NCBI GenBank assembly: GCA_041650895.1
Contig: JBAZKF010000001.1
Location: 273,685-337,684, forward strand
DNA: 64,000 nt
Source of the DNA: Patescibacteria group bacterium
GTDB taxonomy: Bacteria > Patescibacteriota > Patescibacteriia > 2-01-FULL-39-33
Direction of reading: 5' to 3'
In this document: one piece after another, positions 52,474-60,763 of the stretch
Layout: every line of letters starts with the position of its first letter
Position numbering within the stretch: the first letter of the stretch is position 1
The notes under the pieces: model-generated
What the model saw: only the letters and a program-made list of their open reading frames with translations
What the model was told of the DNA's origin: nothing
Databases searched by the model: none
Made by a program: the position numbers and the translations under genes

Positions 52474-53538
52474 TTAATTTTTCCCCAAACCTTTAGGATC
52501 CGGAGAATGTTCCTGCGCCTCCTCGTAAGTAATCAGATTAGCCCTTAACGCCTCGCCCAAGGCCTGATTAAAAGATATCATACCCTCACGGCGCGAGGTG
52601 GCAATAATATTGTCTAATTGGTTAAGATTGCCGCTGGCAATAGTCGCTCTAACTGTGTCATTAACCAAAAGAATTTCGCAAACCGGGACTACTCCACCGC
52701 CGATTTTGGGTAAGAGCTTCTGACAAACCACAGCTTTCAAGGCGCCGGACAATAAATCACGGATACGATCCTGATCAAAAGCCGGAAAATAATCAAGAAT
52801 TGCAGTTAACGACCTGGCGCAAGTATCAGCGGCCATAGTAGTAATCACTAAAGCGCTACCACGAGCTATTTCTAAAACCGGCGGAATAATAGAGGCGCTG
52901 TTTAACTGTTCTAAGAACAATACATCGCCGCTTTCTTCTTGAAAATATTTTAGGGCATCAGCATAACTATTAGTATCCTGTCCCACTTGACGTTGCTCAA
53001 TAACGCTTTTTTTATTGGCAAAAATGTATTCAATCGGATCTTCAATAGTGATAATATACTTCTTGCGACTGACATTTATCTCTTCGATCATAGAGGCTGC
53101 GGTAGAAGTACGACCAGAACCAAAGGCGCCGGAAACAATAACCAATCCTCGATTTAACTTAATTAGTTCCTTGACTGCCGCCGGCATACCCAACTGACTT
53201 AAAGTAACAATCGTTACTGGCACATAACGAAAAGTAGAAGACAAAAAACCCTTCTGATAGAACAAATTTATCTTAAAACGAAGATTCTTATCAAAGTTAT
53301 ACGTTAATATTATTTCCCTCTCCTTGGCCAGCTTTTCCCGCTGTAGTGGCGTTAGTAATGCCTCAGCCAGTTTAATCATGAATTCTGCCGTAATAACACC
53401 CTTATCCTCAAGATAACGCAATTCACCGTTAACTTTTATAATCGGAAAATGGCCGACGGTAAAATGCCAATCGGAAGCGCTAGCTGTTATTCCTTCTGTT
53501 AATACCTGCCTTAAAAACAAATCCTGACTGGTATCCAT
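52474..53538 (-). CDS. pilT: PilT-like ATPase with degenerate catalytic motifs (likely pseudo-ATPase)
   Basis: PilT/PilU architecture with Asp-box 'IEDPIEY'. Walker A is 'GAFGSGRTST' (Lys to Arg), Walker B region is 'DVLFLEQLNS' where GEMRD is expected, and His-box is 'ITTMAAD' with no His. Confidence 0.7.
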   Translation of the reverse strand: MDTSQDLFLRQVLTEGITASASDWHFTVGHFPIIKVNGELRYLEDKGVITAEFMIKLAEALLTPLQREKLAKEREIILTYNFDKNLRFKINLFYQKGFLSSTFRYVPVTIVTLSQLGMPAAVKELIKLNRGLVIVSGAFGSGRTSTAASMIEEINVSRKKYIITIEDPIEYIFANKKSVIEQRQVGQDTNSYADALKYFQEESGDVLFLEQLNSASIIPPVLEIARGSALVITTMAADTCARSLTAILDYFPAFDQDRIRDLLSGALKAVVCQKLLPKIGGGVVPVCEILLVNDTVRATIASGNLNQLDNIIATSRREGMISFNQALGEALRANLITYEEAQEHSPDPKGLGKN

Positions 53539-53540
53539 AG

Positions 53541-53918
53541 TTAAGCAATTAACTTTTTAATCTTCTCCACTACTTCGGACGGCATAAAGTGCGCCTTAAT
53601 CAAATAATCTTTGGCACCCAACTTTAATCCCTTTTCCACATCAGATTTTTGGCTTAGGTTAGTCAAAAGAATAACCGGGATTTTCTCCAGTTTACTATCA
53701 GCTTTAAGCGACTTAAGGATGTCAAATCCGCTCATCTTGGGCAAAACCAAATCCAATAAAATTATGTCCGGCGAACCTTTCTTGGCTGTTTCCCAGCCCC
53801 TTTCTCCATCATAAGCCACAGTTACTTTAAATCCTTCCAGGGCAAATTTGGTTTTATACAAATCAGCCAGAAAAACATCGTCCTCCACAATAAGAATGTT
53901 TATTTTCTTGTCTTTCAT
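53541..53918 (-). CDS. Single-domain CheY-like response regulator (PilH/PilG-like) inside the pilus operon
   Basis: Receiver residues D11/D12, D54 (ILLDLV), T82, K104 all present. Confidence 0.85.
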   Translation of the reverse strand: MKDKKINILIVEDDVFLADLYKTKFALEGFKVTVAYDGERGWETAKKGSPDIILLDLVLPKMSGFDILKSLKADSKLEKIPVILLTNLSQKSDVEKGLKLGAKDYLIKAHFMPSEVVEKIKKLIA

Positions 53919-53949
53919 AAAATCAATTTAGTTGATAATTAAATTACAT

Positions 53950-55713
53950 TTATGTTACTTGCATCACTTCTTCGATCGTGGTCAAGCCCATCATTGATTT
54001 CATTATACCGTCCTGCATTAAGGTGACAAAATTCTGTTTCTTTAACTCCGCCATAACCACCTCGTTAGAAAAATTCTCTTTGGCGATAATATTTCGCAAT
54101 TCCGGAGTAATAGAGATAATTTCACTAATCACTGTCCGACCGGCAAAACCGCTCTTACCGCAAAGATCACAGCCAACTGCCCGATAGAACTTGACTTGTG
54201 GCACATACTGCTTAAGCAATTCTGGCGGAATCTGTTTAATTTCGCCTTCTACTTGTTTAAGTAATGGCCCAGGCAACGACACTTCTTGACGGCAACTGGG
54301 GCAGACTTTCCTGACTAAACGTTGCGCCATGATTAAATTAAGCGTGGAAGACAGCAAAAATGGCTCGGCTTTCATATCAATCATGCGTGGAATAGCGCCC
54401 CAAGCATTGTTAGTATGCAAAGTAGAAAAAACCAAGTGCCCGGTCAACCCGGCATGAATGACTAATTCGGCTGTTTCACTGTCACGAATTTCTCCCACCA
54501 TGATAATATTGGGGTCTTGACGCAAAATCGCCCTCAAACCGGAAGCAAAAGTAAAACCAACATCCGGATTTATTTGAGATTGATTAATGCCGGCGATAGA
54601 ATATTCTATCGGATCCTCCAAGGTAGTAACATTACTGTTTTCTGTTTTGATTTGGTTCAAAATGGAATATAAGGTTGTCGTTTTGCCTGAACCGGTCGGA
54701 CCGGTTAAAAGTATCAGACCAAACGGCTTGTTGGCATTCTGGTTTAAAATTTCTATTTCATTATCAAGAAAACCAAGCTGGGCCAAATTAGGAACGCCGG
54801 CGGAAGTGTCCAAAACGCGAATTACCACTTTCTCTGAATTAAGCATGGGCAGAACGGAAATACGCAAATCCACTTCCTGACCATCTATTTGCGAACGAAT
54901 ACGCCCATCTTGAGGTAGGCGCGTTTCATCCAGTTTTAAATTAGCCATGACCTTGATACGCGAAACTACGGCATTATGAATATAAGCCGGCAAAGTCAGC
55001 GAGGTGTGCAAGATACCATCCACGCGATAACGCACCCGGCTTTCATTACGACCCGGCTCAATATGAATATCTGAAGCGTTGCCCTCAATGCCATGACGAA
55101 TAATAACGGAGACGATTTTGGCTACGGGGGCGGCTTTTATTTTTTCTTCCAGGGCGGCTCCACCTTCCAATACCACTCCCTCCTCTTTCTCCGCATATTT
55201 CTCTTCCGCCGATTGTAAGGCGGTGCCTATTTCCTTAGTAAAACCGCTGTAACTTTTAATAAAACGACGAAAATCTTCTAATAAGATTACAAAGTAACTA
55301 ACCTGAAAACCGGAAGTCTTAGACCAAAATTCAATCGCTTCATTAGCCATAAAGTCACCTGGATCAACCAAACCGACGCTGACTTTCTTGCCTTCCTGTG
55401 CAAATGCAATCGCTTTATAATTTTCTGCCACTTTCTGAGATAGCAAATTAAGAGTTTCCGACTTAATCTGGCTGGTTGCCAGGTCAGCCACCGGTAAATT
55501 AAATACCTCGCCTTTTATCTTAAGCAGATCATTACGATTAAAGACATTCCGATCCATTAATTCCTCTTCAATCATCTTTTTACCCCTATTCGCCGCAATC
55601 AAAACTTCTTCTAAGATAGACAGATTGACCAGATTATGGCTGGCCAGATAATTCTTCATTTTTTCGTTGTATTGGATATCGGGCATAAATTTTATTCCCC
55701 CAATTCGCGACAC
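53950..55713 (-). CDS. pilB: Type IV pilus assembly ATPase PilB (GspE family)
   Basis: Walker A 'GPTGSGKTTT', Asp-box 'LEDPIEY', Walker B 'IIMVGEIRD', His-box 'FSTLHTN', C-terminal Zn 'CPSCR...GCDLCG'. Confidence 0.92.
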   Translation of the reverse strand: MSRIGGIKFMPDIQYNEKMKNYLASHNLVNLSILEEVLIAANRGKKMIEEELMDRNVFNRNDLLKIKGEVFNLPVADLATSQIKSETLNLLSQKVAENYKAIAFAQEGKKVSVGLVDPGDFMANEAIEFWSKTSGFQVSYFVILLEDFRRFIKSYSGFTKEIGTALQSAEEKYAEKEEGVVLEGGAALEEKIKAAPVAKIVSVIIRHGIEGNASDIHIEPGRNESRVRYRVDGILHTSLTLPAYIHNAVVSRIKVMANLKLDETRLPQDGRIRSQIDGQEVDLRISVLPMLNSEKVVIRVLDTSAGVPNLAQLGFLDNEIEILNQNANKPFGLILLTGPTGSGKTTTLYSILNQIKTENSNVTTLEDPIEYSIAGINQSQINPDVGFTFASGLRAILRQDPNIIMVGEIRDSETAELVIHAGLTGHLVFSTLHTNNAWGAIPRMIDMKAEPFLLSSTLNLIMAQRLVRKVCPSCRQEVSLPGPLLKQVEGEIKQIPPELLKQYVPQVKFYRAVGCDLCGKSGFAGRTVISEIISITPELRNIIAKENFSNEVVMAELKKQNFVTLMQDGIMKSMMGLTTIEEVMQVT

Positions 55714-56021
55714 TGCGCGGTTGAAGTATTAACAATAGCATTAACATCGGCTGTTTTGCGCTCAAACGGATTACCGCGACCGGAGCTTAATTCGACTCCG
55801 ACGATCGGCCAATCACTGCATTGATTCAACTGTTTAACATCGGGAAAAATGTCGCGATTTATTTTAACGAATTGACTGCCCAAATTAACCACATTCTGTT
55901 CTTGCAATAAAGAAAAGGGCCAAAATTTCTGCCAATAAGCCAAGGCGCCATAAAGAATAATGATCAAAATGACCAACAAAACATACAGGCGCGTAGATGA
56001 TTTTTTTTCTATCTTATCCAT
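55692..56021 (-). CDS. Small membrane-anchored pilus-cluster protein (PilP-like position)
   Basis: Single TM, about 110 aa, located between pilO and pilB. Confidence 0.4.
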   Translation of the reverse strand: MDKIEKKSSTRLYVLLVILIIILYGALAYWQKFWPFSLLQEQNVVNLGSQFVKINRDIFPDVKQLNQCSDWPIVGVELSSGRGNPFERKTADVNAIVNTSTAQCRELGE

Positions 56022-56024
56022 AAA

Positions 56025-56603
56025 TTAAGGCCGATAATAAGTCACCAGGGAAATATTATAAGATTTACCGTCATCAGTAACGCTAATGGAATTGATATCG
56101 GCAACAATCGCTGATTTTTCTAAAAGACTCAAAAACAGTTTAAAAGAATCATAATTACCGCCGACTAATTGTAACTTGATTAGCATTTTTTGTACGCCGG
56201 CCGCCGTAATCGGAGTATTAGGTAAGGCACTAACGCTGTCACTAAAAGACAAGCTGCTAGCCACAAATCCGGCGCGCTTAGCCAAATTGGTAAAATGCAC
56301 GATCATACTGGGGGTATCCGGCGCCGAGGGCAAAACTAAAGACAGCAAGCGTTTCTCTTCCGTTGTCAATTCAACTATTTGAGAAGCGTTCTTTTGCGAC
56401 TCATCTAATTGAAAATTAGCAATAGAAATTTTTTCTTGCAAACCGGCTAATATTTGCCGGCTATCATTATAATTCGCCAATTGTTTGTTTAGAACCAATA
56501 GATAACCAAAAATAACCACCAAAACAGCGATTGAAAACAGCCAAAAACGCTCATACTTACTCCAAATATCAATAATAGTTTTTTTATAGCTTAAATCGGG
56601 CAT
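56025..56603 (-). CDS. pilO: PilO-like pilus assembly protein
   Basis: N-terminal TM plus coiled coil plus C-terminal ferredoxin-like domain; follows pilN. Confidence 0.6.
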   Translation of the reverse strand: MPDLSYKKTIIDIWSKYERFWLFSIAVLVVIFGYLLVLNKQLANYNDSRQILAGLQEKISIANFQLDESQKNASQIVELTTEEKRLLSLVLPSAPDTPSMIVHFTNLAKRAGFVASSLSFSDSVSALPNTPITAAGVQKMLIKLQLVGGNYDSFKLFLSLLEKSAIVADINSISVTDDGKSYNISLVTYYRP

Positions 56604-56606
56604 AAA

Positions 56607-57887
56607 TTATTTAATCAAACGACGGAAAACACCGTCAGCTAGAGTTAGACGTAAAAGAAAATCAACACCAGTAACTCCAGCCTTGGGATCGGTAGAAACC
56701 TGCATGCTAGCAGTTCTGGCATCTTTGACAAAGTCATTAGCGCTCTTTAATGCTACAAGTTGCCGAGCTAATGTTTCATAGTTATCAGCTGTAGCAGGCA
56801 AAGAAATAAGTCCGGCGATGTCAGCCTTAAATTCCTTAAAATATACTCCGTCCAAAGTATATTTTTCCAATAATACAAAAAACTTACTCCAATAAATACG
56901 ATTATCTAATATTTTTTTAAGGGTAATAACGCGATTAGCCGTATCATTATTTATTCTAGCTCTTTCGTTATAATCACCGATGCTCTTCTGTAATTGGGTC
57001 AGTTCATTACGGTTGGTTGATATTTTCTGACTGATATTGCCCTGTAACCAGCTCATGCCCGAATAACATAAAAAAATCACTACTGCCGGTAAAATCATTG
57101 CCATAACTATCCGCAACCAATTAATGCCTCCCGCCTTCCCTTTTAATAACTCTGATGGTATTAGATTAATGTAAGTATGGCGATTATGTGTGATTGGCTC
57201 CGTCGTATGGTAACCGCCTGATTTGTCATGTTTATGCTTTTTATCCTTCTTGACTGGTTCAATCTTGCTGTCGGCAACTTTATCCATCCGCTCTTTAATC
57301 GGCTGAATCGAGGCGCTTTCTAATTCTGCTTTTTCTTCCTTAGGTTTAACCGATACTAAAGGAGCTGATGCTAAAGGCGCTGTTGTCTCCAATGTTCTAG
57401 CCAAATTAATCTTGGGCTCAGATTTATTGGAGCGCGAAAACAAAGAAGCTAATATTCTCCACCAACTATTTTTCTGGGTCTGTAGTAGATTATCTGGTGA
57501 TGACGCAACGACTCGGGAGACGGACCGGGATTCCGGTTGCCCCTGCTTTTTATAATTAACTGACTCTGTCAATCCCCTTGATGCCTGTCGCTGAAAATTA
57601 ATTTGGCCGACTTCTCCGCCAACCGGCAAATTAACCGGCGCTGAAGATTTGAAGGTTGGCAAAGCAATTGCCTGATTGCCACTGATCGGCACCTGAGAAC
57701 GAGATGAAGAAACAATTGGCGAAACCGGCTTACCGAACATCCTCTTTAACCAACCAGACTTTTCCAATTTTGTCTCCTCCGGATTAGTCAGATTAATATC
57801 AAAGCTTAGCGTTCGATTGGATCGCCGCCTTTGCTCTTCGTTTTCTTTTTTCCTTAACTCTTCCGGAAGCAAATTAACATCTGACAT
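56607..57887 (-). CDS. pilN: PilN-like protein with an unusually long Ser/Pro/Lys-rich cytoplasmic N-terminal extension
   Basis: 'MSDVNLLPEEL' (PilM-binding INLLP motif) at the N-terminus, TM about 245 aa later, C-terminal PilN domain. Confidence 0.6.
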   Translation of the reverse strand: MSDVNLLPEELRKKENEEQRRRSNRTLSFDINLTNPEETKLEKSGWLKRMFGKPVSPIVSSSRSQVPISGNQAIALPTFKSSAPVNLPVGGEVGQINFQRQASRGLTESVNYKKQGQPESRSVSRVVASSPDNLLQTQKNSWWRILASLFSRSNKSEPKINLARTLETTAPLASAPLVSVKPKEEKAELESASIQPIKERMDKVADSKIEPVKKDKKHKHDKSGGYHTTEPITHNRHTYINLIPSELLKGKAGGINWLRIVMAMILPAVVIFLCYSGMSWLQGNISQKISTNRNELTQLQKSIGDYNERARINNDTANRVITLKKILDNRIYWSKFFVLLEKYTLDGVYFKEFKADIAGLISLPATADNYETLARQLVALKSANDFVKDARTASMQVSTDPKAGVTGVDFLLRLTLADGVFRRLIK

Positions 57888-57928
57888 GTACTAATATTAT
57901 AACATTTTTTATTACTACACGCTAATGA

Positions 57929-59035
57929 TTATTCTATTTCTCGCATAGCCAAACCGACAGGAACAGCAAAACGTGCGCCGACGCGGTCTAAAATAGGCTT
58001 CAAATCAACCGGATAAACTACTCGCGCCCAAGGATCACCAATAACCGTGTTAATATTAAAGGTGTTTGACAAATAACCCGGTAAATGGCCCAAAAGAGCC
58101 GTACCGCCAGTCAAAATCAACTTATCAATTTTGGTATTATTGCTATCCTGATATAAATTAACAGTATAGCTGATTTCATTTAAAATTGGAGCAAAAGATT
58201 TTTCCACAGTTTGAGGCAAAGAGTTTTCGCTTGTTTCCGAATCTAATGACAAATCCTGCTTAAATTGTTCAGCACGATCTAAATTGACATTTAAAGCCAT
58301 AGAAATAGCCTTAGTCAAAGCTTGGCCGCCCAATTCCAAAGAACGACTCAGTACTGGCACTCCCTTGGAAACCACGACTAAACTCGAAGTTGCCGCTCCC
58401 ATATCAATAATCATTACCGTTGATTTATCATCACCCAAAAGCGAACGAACCAAGGCAAAACTCTCAGTCTCCAGACTAAGTAAGGTCAAACCACACTTAG
58501 CAAAAATATCAATGTATTTCTTAATCAACTGTTTACTGGCTCCAGTTAGAAGCACTCGAACATTCTTTTTAGGTTTAGAAAATATTTTTTTCAAAGGATT
58601 AGTTTCTTGGCTTATTTCGGGCAATTTATCCGTATCACCGCCAACCTCAAATTCCTCTACGATCTTCCAATCCAAAATTATTTCTTCCAGTGGCATAGGA
58701 ATAATCTTTTTAGCTTCCCAACTTATTGCCGCAGCTAAATCTTTCTTAGATAATGAAGGCAACGTCAGGATAGAAGTAAAGACAGAAAAATTAGGCAAGG
58801 CGGCTACGGCCTTGTTAGCTGTTACTTTTGATTTTTTACAAACTTCCTTAAGGATAGCAGCAGTTTCTTCAACATCAGAGATTATTCCCGATTCCGAGAT
58901 GTTAGTCGGGCTTTTTTCTGTGAAACCGTAAGTAACCAAACGCGGCCGACCTGAATAGTTAGCTAATTCCACGACCTTAATTGAGGAAGATCCCAGATCG
59001 ACACCGAGATAATTGTTTTTCTTTGATCCAAACAT
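57929..59035 (-). CDS. pilM: PilM actin-like ATPase
   Basis: 'YLGVDLGSSSIKVVEL' and a second 'IIDMGAATSSLVVV' actin-fold phosphate loop. Confidence 0.85.
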   Translation of the reverse strand: MFGSKKNNYLGVDLGSSSIKVVELANYSGRPRLVTYGFTEKSPTNISESGIISDVEETAAILKEVCKKSKVTANKAVAALPNFSVFTSILTLPSLSKKDLAAAISWEAKKIIPMPLEEIILDWKIVEEFEVGGDTDKLPEISQETNPLKKIFSKPKKNVRVLLTGASKQLIKKYIDIFAKCGLTLLSLETESFALVRSLLGDDKSTVMIIDMGAATSSLVVVSKGVPVLSRSLELGGQALTKAISMALNVNLDRAEQFKQDLSLDSETSENSLPQTVEKSFAPILNEISYTVNLYQDSNNTKIDKLILTGGTALLGHLPGYLSNTFNINTVIGDPWARVVYPVDLKPILDRVGARFAVPVGLAMREIE

Positions 59036-59080
59036 AAAAAATAAAAAATGGTGACTAATAATTGATAATTAAATAACCGT

Positions 59081-60763
59081 TCAATACTGATAATCACGAA
59101 TTACAGGCAAATTTTCCGCCAAAGCTTTAAGTCCGGGTGGCGGATTAGCGATTAAACGTCCATCATAAATTATCCGTTCCGATCCTTGAATTAATTTAGA
59201 ATAAGTACGCCGGAAGTCAAAAGCTTTAGCGATAATCAAACCCAGTACCACCAGCTGATCCTGGCTTTCGTTAGAGAAAAAGACGCCACAACTATTGGCT
59301 ACATATTTAGGATAATCAACAGATGACCCGCTTTCCGCTTGACATAAGATATTGTCCTTGCCTAAAAGCAAGTAAGCTCCGACAATCTGGGTTACTGCTG
59401 GATCAACTATGACATCTCCCTTAACTACCCAAGCCACCGAGCCGAGTTTTTTTAAGTCATCCGGCAAAGAACCATTGCTATAACCAAAATTGCTTTTAAT
59501 ATTCAAATCGCCATTAACCACTATCAAGCCATTGCCTCTTTGGCCATCACCGCCGTTAGTAATAACGAATCCGTTATCAATGGTCAGATTACCATTAATA
59601 ACATACACGCTATTATTAAAAACTTCGCTTTTTTTCCAAGTCGTTGCATTGTTATAGATATTCAAAACTTGATCATATTTGTTATAGCGAGTATTGCCAA
59701 TTCTCTTGTATTCCGTGGTCAAGCCGACCAAATCAATCTGTCCCAAAGCATTCCTATAAACACCATTCTGAAACGTCGGGTAAGCAATGGCAACGTCAGA
59801 AAAAAACGGCTGTTGGCAATTAGTGGAAGTAAAACTGTAGACATCCTTAGCAAAAATACAGTAAGTGGCGTTACGACCCTTTTCAAACCTTTGCCTGATA
59901 TAATTAGAACCATAAACTGAACCAAACTGCGTTTGCAACCAAGGATAAACAATCTCGGCCGCGCCATTAAATTCCACCCAGCCGGCGCCAACCAAATTGG
60001 TAACATCACCGTTCCAACCCCAACCCAGAATTGTACCGTTAGCTCCATTGACTACCGTACCGTATTTTTTACAGCCGCCGGTGCAACCACTGTTACAAAC
60101 AATACGACTGGCAGTGCCTAAGGGATTAGTTGAAGTCTGACAGCCGTTGCAATTAAAACAGATTGAGCCGCTACCGGCGCTAGTTGAAGTAATATTGGCG
60201 TCAGGAATATTCGCCCCATCAACCCTAACACGGGCAAAACAAGTACGACAATTTAATGCTCCATCTTCATTATTGGTATTGCAATCATAACAGGCTTGAC
60301 CGACGCCGTTAGCCAAGGAACCACTATCCACAGTACTACCCAAATGCAAATAACCGTCACCGCCTAAAGAAACAACCCCGGCCCAACCGGTAATCTTCTT
60401 GGATATTGGATCATAACTGGCATTCCAACCATCATCAAACGATGGAGTACCGCCGATACCGGAACTAGAGCAAGTAAAACCGAAACAAACCCAACCCACA
60501 TATTCTGACCACCCATAACCGACTAAATTATTATTGCTATCCAACTGGACTTTATACATCTTTGCGTCTCCACTTTCTGGAAACTCCGGATTCTGGTAAT
60601 TCAATGATATCCAACCGTAATTATCGCTCCAAAGCCAGCCGGCTATGTCGTAGGCCACATCTGTTTCCTGCATAAAAGCCAACCGACAAGCCAACACTCC
60701 GGTCAAAATAATAATGGCCGTAAACATGACGAGTGATCCGTATTTAAAAACATGATTAGTCAT
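59081..60763 (-). CDS. Secreted Cys- and Trp-rich protein with GW-type repeats (pilus-associated or adhesin candidate)
   Basis: N-terminal signal/TM; recurring 'GW..S..YGWIS', 'GYGWSEYVGWV', 'GWGWNGD...GAGWVEF'; many Cys; start overlaps the stop of the upstream gene (TAATG). Confidence 0.5.
   Translation of the reverse strand: MTNHVFKYGSLVMFTAIIILTGVLACRLAFMQETDVAYDIAGWLWSDNYGWISLNYQNPEFPESGDAKMYKVQLDSNNNLVGYGWSEYVGWVCFGFTCSSSGIGGTPSFDDGWNASYDPISKKITGWAGVVSLGGDGYLHLGSTVDSGSLANGVGQACYDCNTNNEDGALNCRTCFARVRVDGANIPDANITSTSAGSGSICFNCNGCQTSTNPLGTASRIVCNSGCTGGCKKYGTVVNGANGTILGWGWNGDVTNLVGAGWVEFNGAAEIVYPWLQTQFGSVYGSNYIRQRFEKGRNATYCIFAKDVYSFTSTNCQQPFFSDVAIAYPTFQNGVYRNALGQIDLVGLTTEYKRIGNTRYNKYDQVLNIYNNATTWKKSEVFNNSVYVINGNLTIDNGFVITNGGDGQRGNGLIVVNGDLNIKSNFGYSNGSLPDDLKKLGSVAWVVKGDVIVDPAVTQIVGAYLLLGKDNILCQAESGSSVDYPKYVANSCGVFFSNESQDQLVVLGLIIAKAFDFRRTYSKLIQGSERIIYDGRLIANPPPGLKALAENLPVIRDYQY

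Noticed and set aside
58284-58931. 215-aa + strand ORF inside pilM
   Set aside because: Antisense to a conserved actin-like ATPase gene.
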